A DNA stretch of 47,804 nt from positions 1-47,804 of the forward strand of contig RBNJ01000041.1 of NCBI GenBank assembly GCA_003990765.1, read 5' to 3'. How positions within the stretch are numbered: position 1 is the first letter of the stretch; every line of letters starts with the position of its first letter. Shown in pieces: positions 1 to 11,161 of this stretch. A program made the position numbers and the translations under genes. This DNA comes from Jimgerdemannia flammicorona (lineage: Eukaryota). The notes under the pieces are model-generated. The model did no database searches. It had not been told where the DNA came from and saw nothing but the letters and a program-made list of their open reading frames with translations.

Positions 1-893
1 TCTTCTGGATTCTTGTAAAGAAGGCTCTGGGTGATTCTCCAAGATTCATCTTCATTCCCATGATGGATTCCTGGGCCTTGTGGCGGGTTTCATTTCCTGC
101 ATACTTTTCTATGAGCCAGTAGACCATAGCCTGATATTCTAGCTCATAGGAGACTGCTGCTTGTATCTGTCTTGCTAGTTCCGAATCTGGGTTGTTTGCT
201 GTTCAATGGAAAATCCCTCTGGCTGGTTCTCTGAGTTAAGCTTTGTAGATGGCAATTTTTCTTTCATCTGAGAGATTCCTCAGGGCTGCAATTCCTTCGA
301 TTCCATCAAGGAATTCTCTGGGGTCTTCCTCTGGGTATCCTGCAAAGATTGGCAATGAGGTGGCCATTTCTTCATCACTTTCTTCTGATTCTGGTTCAAA
401 TTCGGATTCTGATTCTGATTCACTTTCTGAACTGTCACTAGAGACCCGGGTGCTTGGGTATCTTGAAGATGGTGTCCTTGTTCTTGGGTGAGGTGGGGTA
501 GGCCTAGGTATCCTTGTAGGGGCTACTTCTGGTTCTGCAAGAGGTTGTGGTAGGGATTCTATTGGTGAGATTGGTGGGACTGGTGTATGCCATCTGGCTA
601 TAAGGTGTTGGGTCCGGGTAATAAGTTCTTCTAGTTCTTGTGCAAGTTCTCCAAAAATTCCAGCAGGGCTGCCTGTATTGTCCGGTTGATCTAGTTGATC
701 TGGTTGGGGATTTTGGGCTGTACTGCCTCCTGCTTCTGGTTGGGATCCTTCTGATGCTGGGTAGTTGGCAAGTCTTGAGGTGATTACTTCTCTTCCTTTC
801 CAAATACTGGTGATGACTGGTTCTCCTGTAGTGGCAGAGATTGGTGTTGTATCAAATGTATCCAGTTTGACTGTGAGTTCTTGTGAGCTGAAA
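1..893 (-). pseudogene. gag: retrotransposon gag (capsid-like) with Pro/acidic N-terminal extension; in-frame stops
   Basis: Translation from ATG 367: MATSLPIFAGYPEEDPREFLDGIEGIAALRNLSDERKIAIYKA*LREPAR...MKMNLGESPRAFFTRIQ, similar to the gags of A and B (PVFHGY...DPNTFYTRI). The frame is open upstream to ~893. Confidence 0.8.
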
Positions 894-1630
894 AGTCATG
901 TCGATTTTGAAATTTTCCCAGTTGAGCCCCCAAATGTAATATACCGGCTCAATGGAGGCAAATTACAAGGTTGGGGGTTGATGTAGTTTGGCTTGAGCCC
1001 CCAGTTACTTTGTTAAAAGCAACAAAATGTTCTTGGTGTTTAGTGGTATAATAGTCAAGATCTGGATACTGTGTGAGCGGTTTCCTTATTGGGACTGTTC
1101 TCTGGGTGTAGCAGCGATTTGTGTGGCCTTTCCTTCTTGGGTCAATTGGGAATGGTACAATTTGTGTAGCATGACGATCTTGTACGTGATGGTCTGGCAA
1201 TTTAGCGGTTCTCCTCCTTGGGTGACGGGCGATCTCTGTGTAGCGCGACAATCTCCAAAAGTATGCGATTTCTGGTGGATGACTCGATTTGGCTCACTGG
1301 GAATTGTATGGCACAGATTCTTCCTGAAATGGCGGGGCTCTCAGAGAATGCGGATAACTCGGTGGCTTCAACTGGGAATTATCTCGGATGGCGGATAACT
1401 CGATAACTCGGGCTCACTGGGAATGATGAATAACTCGGATGTCGCGGTTTCGGCTCTTCTGGGAATGTGGATAACTCGGGGATGGTGGATGACATGGGTT
1501 CTTCCTGAATCGGCAGGCTTCTGGGAAATAACTCGGATGGTACGGATTCTCCTGAATCGGCAATTCTAACTGGGAATACAGCAGATAAAACTGGCGGCGT
1601 TCTTTTGGAAAGGGTCTCTTGGCAAAGTTA

Positions 1631-2219
1631 TGTCAAAGACTGGCTTTGTTTGCACGACGAATCACTGCGAAGTTGCGTCAGAAACTGGCTTAAGCAAGGT
1701 GGCTTTCTAATGTGGTGGAAAAGGCAGAAATCTTCAGGCTTATCTGGCAAGTGAACCAAGGATTTCTCTTCAAAGGCAGCAAAGTTCTTCTTGAACTTAG
1801 GCGGCAAATCTTCAGACTTTGTATCGGAAAGTGGACTGGAGTGGGAATAAGGGGACCAATTGCTCAATCTTTAGAGGCTTCTTAGGTTTGCACTTCAATT
1901 CGGACTGAGGTTTTATTCACTCTCGCCTCTGGGGTAATTTATACAAGTTGGTTGCTATCTGGTTACTATGTGGCTAACTATAGATCTGCTACTTATGGCA
2001 GGTGTACAGAGTCTGTACAGTATACAGGACCTGTACAGTGTACAGAGTCTGTACGGTGTACAGAGTCTGTACAGGTAAACAGACCCTTTCTGGTATGTCT
2101 GGCTATTTATACAGTTTTCCGCAGCAAGAGTTGCTGGTTACTAAGCTAAGTGTTCACATCATCTTGTTCACGTCATCTGGTTAAGATATGATTTGGGTGG
2201 TACATCTTAGCTTGTCACA
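1631..2219 (-). repeat. putative 5' LTR of element D (~590 bp)
   Basis: TG...CA ends (TGTGACA...TTTGACA), TATA/polyA signals and an internal palindrome array. No second copy is in the window, so the inner boundary is uncertain. Confidence 0.6.
2002..2073. repeat. 4 x 18-bp tandem palindromic repeat (GTGTACAGAGTCTGTACA) within LTR D
   Basis: Directly visible; TGTACAG and CTGTACA are reverse complements. Confidence 0.9.
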
Positions 2220-2349
2220 ATATATATCAAACTGGCGAACATTTTAATCAGGTATATATATGATTTTGAAAGTAATTTTATTTGTGAATTTAGGAACTAA
2301 TTTAGTAAATAATTGGGAAGTAATATGTGTATATTTTTATTTTTTATAG

Positions 2350-2948
2350 ATAATGCTTATCGCTGCTGAGAATGTATGTATGAAACTTCTAAAGTATTAC
2401 TGCAAGATGACACCATTATACAGCATAGCTTCAGCCTTAGATCCACGTATCAACATGTGTTATTTCCATCATGAGTAATGGAAAAAATCCTTAATTGATG
2501 AATGGAAGAATCAGATGGAATGTATCTGGGAAAAGGAGTATAAGCCTGTTAATGCTATTATTATACCCTCAATATCTCATGATGCCGATGATTTTATCAA
2601 CTCAATATATGAGAAGAAACAGTGCATTGATGTGGATGATGAGCTTGAATGATGGGTGTTGTTTTTATGTTTTTTGATTGGCTTGGTTAATTTTTACTCA
2701 TATTTCTCTATTTCAGTTATTTGTCAGAGAATCCAGCTGATCCTCGTATAGATATACTGGATTGGTGGCAGCAAAATCAGTCGGTATATCCTAATATTTC
2801 ACGAATGGCTCGCAATTATCTTGCTATTTCGGTGATATCTGTTCCATCTGAACGTATTTTTTCTATTATTGGTGAGCTAGTGACTGAACATCAAAACAGC
2901 TTGTGTGTAAATACAATTTGTGTATGCATGTGTTTGGATTCTTGGTGA
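2350..2948 (+). pseudogene. hAT transposase C-terminus including dimerisation domain; intron-containing, with stops
   Basis: YSIASALDPRINM... then, after an intron ending TTTCAG (~2716), DILDWWQQNQSVYPNISRMARNYLAISVISVPSERIFS, the canonical hAT dimerisation motif. Confidence 0.9.
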
Positions 2949-3027
2949 TCTTCAGATATTTTTCACTTTCAATTACTCTGAATATTATCTAAATATTTTC
3001 TGAATTATTTTTTCAGAGCAGAGTTCA

Positions 3028-3345
3028 GAGGGTTGGGTTCAGGGTTGGGTTCAGGGGTTGGGTTCAGGGTTGGGTTCAGGGGTCGGGTTCAGGTTTGGGT
3101 TAAGGGTAAATAACAGGTCAGGTGACATACATTTCCAGGTCGGGTTAAAGATAGGTAATGTATCTTTCTGGGTTGGGTTAAAGATGGGTGACGTACAATT
3201 CTGAGTCAGGTTAAAGATGGGTGATGTATAATTCTGGGTCGGGTTAAAGATGGGTGATGTATAATTCCAGGTTGGGTTAAAGATGGGTGACATCTAATTC
3301 TGGGTTAGCTGTTTTATGGGTTGGGTTTCGGGTTAATTGGGTTGG
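3028..3345. repeat. hAT subterminal repeats: GGGTT(C/G) short repeats plus a 33-bp tandem array
   Basis: GGGTTAAAGATGGGTGATGTATAATTCTGGGTC-like unit, ~5-6 copies at 3110-3300. Confidence 0.85.
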
Positions 3346-3360
3346 ATTTGCGGAGCACTA

Positions 3361-4197
3361 CTTGTGGGATAGTGATGAAGTCCCAATGTATTATTACCTC
3401 AGTAAATAAGGAGAATTAATCCATGAATAACTCTTCCTAGATAACTACTTTATCAGAGATGATATCATCAATAGTGATATTATCAAAGACTACTCAGATA
3501 CATAGTATCTAATCTATAGATAGCTTAGCAGTCAAAGTATAGTTAGATTAGCCTTATATAACATGACTGTGAACTGACTCAGCAGTCAGATGATCCCTTA
3601 ACATATCAGATTATACTTATACTACATAACTATATTCCAACTCAGCAAAATACTAAGTACTATATTCATATTTAGCATAGTCTAAATAGCCCCTCACTAG
3701 TATAAATACCTCCTCTTCCAGATCTCAGAATCTCAGACTTGAATAGACTTGAATACACAAGAATATTCCTGAACACTTCCCCACAATATTCCTTTATATA
3801 ACTACTCCTAGTATAGTAATATCATGAATAGTGAATAAACCTATTTAATAACCCACAAACTACTCTTAAGTAAATCCACTCCCCATTAGATCCCACTCCT
3901 AACCCCATCATGAAATTTCCTAATTGAGTATTGTCTGTAGTGATACACCAATTTAACTAAGCTGGTCTTAGTTTCTTGAACCTTCTAAAATATGGAAAAT
4001 CCTGAACATTCAGAACTAGTCCAAAAAAGGACTTTGGTTGAGATGTTAGCTCAATCTTGAAATCAATAAGTGTAGAGGACATACTCTATATGAAATTAAT
4101 CTTGATTTTAAGAAAAAGGTCTTCCAGAATATTCAGAACTTCCAGAAAATCCTTCCAGAACTACATAATTATTACTCTAACAAGTAACCCTCTTACA
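3361..4197 (+). repeat. 3' part of a family C LTR, truncated on the left by the hAT end
   Basis: Reverse complement of 4817-5640, 36011-36830 and 45693-46515; ends CTCTTACA. Confidence 0.9.
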
Positions 4198-4816
4198 AAA
4201 GTCAACATCATCAAAATCAGTCTCAAGTCTATTTATGTGATAGATATTACTACTAGAAGTTATCTTAGATTATAGAAAATATTATTTCTGAGAGGTTTGA
4301 ACCCCTAGCCATAATAATGAGAGTCCTTATCCTAGATAAGAATGACTAGTCCTCATAAATACATCAATAGTCTAAAAAAAAAGAGAACTAAGACTTATTA
4401 TTCCTATATAACTACATATCTCTACCAAGAATTCTAATTTTGCAAGAGACAAATGTGACAATACCTTTGAAACTGATGATATCAGAAGTCAGAAGACTGC
4501 TTAGACTTTACTAGAGATAATGTCATCAATAGTGACCTCATCAAAAGAATATCTAGGTAGTATCTAAATCTATAGATAGCTTAGAGTATAGTTAGATTAG
4601 TCTTATATAATATAACTGTATACTGACTCAGCAGTTAGATAATCTCTTGACATATCAGTTCATACTTATACTATATGACTATATTCTGACTCAGCAAGAC
4701 ACTAAGTGCTATATCTATATTTAGTATAGTCTAGATAGTCTCTCATTAGTATAAATACCTACTCCTCTAGACCTCAGAAACTCAGATACAAATAGATATA
4801 AATAGACTTGAACAGA
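4198..4816 (+). repeat. older, degraded family C-like LTR fragment with a different upstream segment
   Basis: 4510-4816 aligns to 3455-3750 (ACTGACTCAGCAG, TAGTATAAATACC); 4198-4510 does not match the other copies. Confidence 0.7.
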
Positions 4817-5591
4817 TATAAGAGGGTTACTTGTTAGAGTAACCATTACATAGTTCTGGAAGAGTTTTCTAAAAGTTTTGGATATTCTGGAATACTGTTT
4901 TCTTATGGTCAAGATCAATTTCATATAGAGTACATCCTCTATACTTATTGATTTCAAGATTGGGTTGATGTCTCAACTAAAGTCCTTTTCTGGACTAGTT
5001 CTGGATGTTCAGGATTTTCCATATTTCAGAAAGTTCAAGAAACTAAGACCAGCTTAGTTGAATTGGTATATCACTGCAAATAATATCTAATTAGGAAATT
5101 TTATGATAGAGTTAGGAGTAGGACCTAATAGAGAGCAGATTTACTTAAAAGTAGTTTATGGATTATTAAATAGATTTATTCACTATTCATGATATTGCTA
5201 TACTAGGAGTAGTTGTGTGAAGGGATATTGTGGGGAAGTGTTCAGGAATGTTCTTATGTATTCAAGTCTAAGATTCTAAAGTCTGAGGGAGGGGGTATTT
5301 ATACTAGTGAGGGGCTATCTGAGCTATGCTGAATATGGATATAGTACTTAGTACCTTACTAAGTCAGAATGTAGTTATATAGTACAAGTGTGATCTGACA
5401 TATCAAGAGATTATCTGACTGCTGAGTTAGTTTACAGTTATATCATATAAGGTTAATCTAACTATAATATGACTGCTAAGTTATTTATAGGTTTAGATGC
5501 TATCTAGGTAGTCTTCAATAATATTACTATTGATGATATTATCTCTGATGAAGTAGTTATCTAGGAAGAGTTGTTCATGAATTAATTCTCC

Positions 5592-6579
5592 TTATTTGCT
5601 GAGATAATAATACATTGGGACTTCATCACTATCCTATAGAATAGCATCATCTGTCTCATATGCTGGATAAGGTATTGGTAGATAAAGGAGGGGTACATTA
5701 TCTTTGCTTTCATCAGATTCACTGTCTATGTATCTTCTATAAGTAACAGCACTATGAGTTACAGAATTGTAGTATACTAGTGGTTGTTCTTCATGTCACT
5801 CATACTTAGGTGGTGGGGTTGTTGGTTCAATCTCAAGGGTTGTCTGGAGATATAGGTTGTGTTCTCTAGTCTCTTTATTATAGTTGAAGTAATCAGGAGT
5901 GAATGCAGGTTAGTACTCATACCAGTAGTCATTGTCTCAATAGGTCTCATAGGTGGTTATGAACTATTGTAAGTTTATTGACAAGGTTGGCAGAGTAATC
6001 AGAGTTGGCAGTGATCCTTAGCTTGAGGTCATGTTAGCATCAGAGGGATTGTTGTCTTCTGCTTCATCATCATCAAATTGAATTATATTATAGACATTAT
6101 CCAACTTGAGATATTTGCAAAATGTGGTCATTTAGGTGTAGAAAGTTTCTGTCTGTGGTCTGAATGTACTCAATATACTTATAATTGAGTTCTTGTATCA
6201 TGTTGTCAATTTGGCCATAAGACAGAGTAGCAGCTATTTCAGCAGTAGTAACTCAGAGGTGTGAAATAACAGTGCTATACTCATAAAAGAGTTTTTAGTG
6301 TTTGTGGGCAATAAGCTTCTGGTGTTGAGATATCTGGATAATGTCTATATTGTGGTGATGTTCAACTATGTCTTCTAGAAGGTGACCAATCTAGTAGTAG
6401 CTTAAGATTTGTCTGATTCAGTGAGCTTTGCTAAGTATGTTCAGAGCATTCCATCAGGCTTCCATGAAGTAGAAAGGTACTAGGCTATGGATATTTATAA
6501 GGAGTAGAGGGGATGTAACTCAGTTGATAATGGTATTCCAAATATCAGTGTAGATGTAGTTGTAGATCTTGATGGTCAT
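5592..6579 (-). pseudogene. family C LTR-encoded accessory ORF (degraded copy)
   Basis: Homologous to 36787-37784 (SYY*IGHLLED...ISQHQKLIAHKH*KLFYEYSTVISHL); many C->T-type stops. Confidence 0.75.
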
Positions 6580-6591
6580 ATTTGTATATGT

Positions 6592-7058
6592 TGTGACAGT
6601 ATAGCCAAATTTGGAAGAAGAAAATAGAGAATAGACACTTGATCGCACCCAGTCCCAAAGTAGTATAGCCTTATAGTTAGCAGTCTTCAATTTCGACATT
6701 GTCTAAATTCTTAAACATTATCCAAATCAAACACCCCAATTTAGTATAGCATTTCGACATTGTCTAAATTTCTAGACATTGTCTAAATGACTCATAACTT
6801 AGTCATATAACTCAGTAGCCATCTTATAGCTAGCAAACTTGTATAAATAACCCAGTATCTTCAAGTAAATAAACCTTAGATTGAAATAGTTCAAAGCAAA
6901 GAGATAGCAAAGGAACTAGTAAGCCTGCAGACAGATATACTTCGAACTCAACCACCCTCCCCTACAACTTCAAGAGACTCTGTGAGAGTCAGAACAGTCA
7001 AGTTTTCAAGATACAGAAATCTGACATACTTTCAAGAGTAAGCATCCGCTATGTTACA
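6592..7058 (+). repeat. 5' LTR of element A
   Basis: TGTGACA...TGTTACA; direct repeat of 12835-13301; TATAAA ~6842 and AATAAA ~6868. Confidence 0.97.
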
Positions 7059-7061
7059 ACT

Positions 7062-7078
7062 TGGTGCCCATTGGCTGG
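7062..7078 (+). promoter_or_regulatory. primer-binding site of element A (TGGTGCCCATTGGCTGG)
   Basis: TGG starts 3 nt after the LTR; near-identical motif in B at 31922. Confidence 0.75.
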
Positions 7079-7172
7079 TGATTCAAGACAAATCCCTCAC
7101 TCTTAAGCTGAATAACGAACAACTGCCACTACCTGAACAACCATACAAATCGAGCCCCAATACCCAGACAAG

Positions 7173-10100
7173 ATGGATATGAGACCACCAGTATTCCATG
7201 GATATATCTCAGATGAATCAATCATCACCTTCATTGACGATTTCAAGCAGTATGCTGCTGTAAGGACTCTGACAGCAGCACAGCAAGTAGCCCTCATGCC
7301 CTTCAGCCTACAAGGTCCTGCCAGAGCAGCATTCACAGCTGCAACCCATACAGGAAATGATGCCGATGCTATACTGATAGCACAGAAGACCTGGCTCTGA
7401 AATACATATTACACAGACGAGATCAAGCAAGTCCTGAAGGATCAGCTCAACACAACATGCCAAGGAATGAGCAAGGATCCAAACACATTCTATACCAGAA
7501 TTTGATATCAGATAATCCTCACAGATTATGCTGCTGCTATCCGAGATCAAGTAGCCAAAGCAATCTTCATAAAAGGAGTCCATCCAGAAATAGCCATGGC
7601 CATCCGCTCATCACCAGTAATTCTGGATCTGCCACAGAAGGTCACCTATGCTCAGCGATACTGGATAGCCAGACACCCATAAGACTATACAATGGAGAGA
7701 GTTACAGGAGTCAGAATCGAGGCACCCAAGGCAACCAGTGTGATCCCCACCACAATGATCAATTGAAACACACCTCAGCCAAAAGCTACAGAGCAGCAAA
7801 AGAACAGTGACCCTATGGAGGAACTCACCAAAAGGTTTGCTAAAATGACTGCCCACCTGGGAGATGTGGTAAAGAAAATCCGAGGAAGAGATCACCACCC
7901 TGTTCAGAAGTTTACCACCACCTCAGACAAGAAGAAAGGTACCTGCTCAGCTGTAGAGAAGAAGGCCACTACTTCTATGAATATATGAGTGAAACCAAAC
8001 GTAAGGCTCAACCAAGCAATGTTACACAAAACAAGGAGCAGGCCAATACAATCACCTTTGAAGAAATCGGAGAATCTGATGAAGAGGAATAGGAGGCCTA
8101 TCCTGCTCAGACCACCAAGAAGGATGCTCACAAAGAACCCTACAAGAGACCACCAGGAAGACCCAAGAAGAACTCAGTGGAAAAGTGGATGAAAACTGAT
8201 ACAGAAAGCCAAGCTGAAGAGATGGACCAAGATATTGAGCTGGAGCAAGCAGTTCAAGATATCATCCGAGGAACCACAGCCAGTGAAGGAGAAAAAGAAA
8301 AGAAGCTTCACAAGACCAAGACCTTCAAGTATGATATCTTCAAGGATCTCAGTCAACAAAAGGTCAATGCAACCTTTGGTCAGCTCACAGAAATCCCAAC
8401 ATTCAGACAGCAAATGAGATTTGGACTTGCCGAAACAACCAAGGAATAAGGATGGAAGATAACTGAGACCAATAATGTTCAAGAGGACTCAGGAGAAGAA
8501 AGTGAGGATAATCGCAAAACCTCTGCTTATGCAACATACCAAATCAAAGATAGAACCTTTGAAGCCATCATCGATATGGGAGCAGGAGGATGTCTCCTCA
8601 GTAAGAAGGCAGCAGACCACCTAGGTTGGGATGTGGAAGAAGCAACTAAGCTAGTATTCGTCATAGCCAATGGCATAAGAGCCACACCCCTGGGAAAGAT
8701 CCGAGATGTTCCCATCAAGATTGGAGGAGCAACAATCCCAGTAGATGTAATCATAACCAATGCCACCAACTATGACATTCTCATCAGCAATCAATGGCTT
8801 CACAAAGCCAAGGCAGTAATTGATCTCAATGCTCAGAAGATACAGATCACCTACTGGGGACAGAAGATACAAATTCCCATCAATGTCAACAAAGGAGTCC
8901 TGTCTGATATGGAGAAAGAAGAGAGTGAGCAAGAGGAAGCTTATATAGTGACCATTCCAAAGAAGAAGAAAGTTGGATAGATGAGTGAAGAAGAATGGTG
9001 TAAGAAGATTGCAGAAGATTATGCCCTACAAGGAGTCTGTTCTTATGGAATCAAGATGTACTGTATGGAGCATATCAATGATTGCTACCAATGTACCATC
9101 GGAACCAAGAAGATCTACCAGGAAAGAAGGCAGAAAGCTCTCGAAAAACAGATCAGGGAAGAAGAGAAGGAGAAAGATGATGAACCACCAGCCCTCCTAG
9201 AGGACAGTGATGATGAAGAAGAAATCAAGGTCAAGATTCAAAAGATCCACCCTGATACAGTCTTGCCAGAATACAAGTCAGAAAATGCAGCCAGAATGGA
9301 CATCGCTACAGTAGAAGAAACTGTACTGGAACCCCAGACAACTACCCTACTTGCAACTGGACTGGAGATGACTATCCCAAAGGATCATGTCGGGATTCTC
9401 AAGACAAGAAGCAGCCTGGCTAGGTGCAAAATCACAATCGAAGGAGGAGTCATTGATTCAGACTATACTGGAGAAATTCTACTCATTGCTAGGAACCACA
9501 ATCCTACAATTCCATTCCCAGTCAAGAAGAAGGACCAATTGGCACAAATGTTGATCTTCCCAATCATACAACCAAGGATCATAGAAGTCAAGAATCTGGA
9601 GGAAACAAAAAGAGGAAAGAAAGGATTTGGATCTATAGGAAAAGGAGTATTTGCCAGCACCAAGATCACCGAACTCAAGCATAAGAAGGAGGAAAACATG
9701 AGCAAGCACAGTTACACCATTGGAGACGAATTCCCACTCAAGGAGGAACTCAAGAAAATACTCTACAAATTCGAGAATGTCCTTGCCATGGATTTCAAGG
9801 ATATCAAGGGAAAGACCCCACACTACTATTACGAGGTAGATACTGGAGACACCAAACCAATTTATCAGAAGGCAAGACCTGTCCCGCCAGCTTACCGAGA
9901 ATGGCTCAGAGATGAAATCAAGTAGATAGAAGAAGCCAGCATCATCAAAGAAGCCAGTAGCCCCTGGTCTTCACCAGTTGTACTAGCCCTGAAAAAAGGA
10001 AGCAAACCTGGAGAATTTGCCTCAAGGCTCTGTATTGACTACAGAAAGCTCAATATAGTTACCAAGAAGGATCATCAACCACTGCCACTCATCAGTGACA

Positions 10101-11161
10101 TCCTTATAATACTGGGAGATGAAGCAGAGTACTACAGCACCTTGGACTTATACTCAGGATTTCACCAAATCAGACTCACAGAGATGGTAAGTGAAAATTC
10201 AGCCTTCATCACCCTAGACAGAACCTACATCTACCTATGAATGCCATTTGGAATGTGCAATACACCAGCAAGCTTTCAGCAAATGATGAACAAAATCTTC
10301 CACTATGATATGGGAAGATGGATGATGGTCTATGTTGATGATGTAATCATCTATAGCAAGACACCTGAGGAACATCTACAGCACATATAGCAGATAATGG
10401 AGAAACTAAGACAACATGGCCTTTATATCAAACCCAAGAAGTGCAAGTTTGCAGAAATCGAGATCTCCTACCTTGGCCATATTATCAATCAAGATGGAAC
10501 ATACACGGACCCCCTCAAAATACAAGCAGTAGCAGTATACCCAAGGCCCACTACTGTTACAGAAGCCCAAGCCTTCATGGGACTTGTCTCCTACTATCGC
10601 AAATTCATTAGAGGATTCTCCAACATCGCAGGTCCAATCTATGAACTCAACAAGAAGGATACCAAGTTCCAGTGGACTGGCAGACAACAAAAAGCATTTG
10701 ACAAACTCAAGATCAGACTAACTCAAGATCCCATCCTCAGATGACCCAATTGGACCCAAGAATTTATCCTTCAGATGGATGCAAGTGCACAGGGACTAGG
10801 AGCAGTTCTAGCTCAAAAAGAAGACAAAAAAGAGTATGTCATTGCATATCTTAGCTGCGGAACCCGAGGGGCTGAAAAAGAATACAAGTCCTACAAGTTG
10901 GAATGCCTTGCAGTTATCTGGGTTGTGGAAAAGTTCCACTACTATCTGGCTAGAAGACACTTCACCATCCAGATGGACCACTCAGCTCTTACCTGGCTAC
11001 TGACAACTGGACAACCCAAGAGAATCTATGCCAGATGGATAATGAAGTTACAAGCCTATGATGTAACTATCATATACTGCTCTGGAAGAACAAATTCCAA
11101 TACAGATACTCTCTCATGGATACCTCAAACTACCTCCAACCAACAAATCAATCATGAATAA
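7173..11161 (+). pseudogene. gag-pol: ORF1 of A: gag (CCHC knuckle), aspartic protease, dUTPase, RT, RNase H; nonsense mutations and one frameshift (~7946)
   Basis: AIIDMGAGG protease site, dUTPase motifs, RLCIDYRKLN, YVDD (~10331), MDASAQGLGAVL, KLECLAV; ends QQINHE*. Confidence 0.95.
9224..9640 (+). CDS. dut: trimeric-type dUTPase domain within pol of A
   Basis: All five motifs: AARMDI, KTRSSLA, GGVIDSDYTGEI, LAQMLI, RGKKGFGSIG. Confidence 0.95.

Larger units (their letters stand above)
1..2219 (-). mobile_element. 5' portion of LTR retrotransposon family D (LTR, long leader, gag); continues left beyond the window
   Basis: The minus strand starts TGTGACA at 2219 and has TATAAA followed by AATAAA (~1945-1910). 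A gag-like frame lies at the left end. The outer flank ATAT (2220-2223) matches the target type of A and B. Confidence 0.8.
2220..3360 (+). mobile_element. 3' end of a hAT DNA transposon
   Basis: hAT dimerisation-domain exons and subterminal GGGTT-rich repeats; the element ends ...GCGGAGCACTA (TAG-initiated TIR on the minus strand). Confidence 0.8.

Noticed and set aside
3028-3110. GGGTTC/GGGTTG runs as telomeric repeats
   Set aside because: Irregular, internal and adjacent to a hAT TIR, so better explained as subterminal repeats.
3110-3300. 33-bp periodic array (and the 39-bp array at 28846-28963) as CRISPR
   Set aside because: The units are contiguous with no unique spacers, no cas genes are present and the context is eukaryotic.
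4057-4275. Recurrent MKSIS(V/I)ED ORFs (also 4721-4957, 35942-36151)
   Set aside because: Short frames at the U5 end of family C LTRs that run into unrelated flanks; repeated only because the LTR is.
7940-7950. Programmed gag-pol frameshift in element A
   Set aside because: The break falls inside the zinc knuckle and B is in frame there, so it is a 1-nt deletion.
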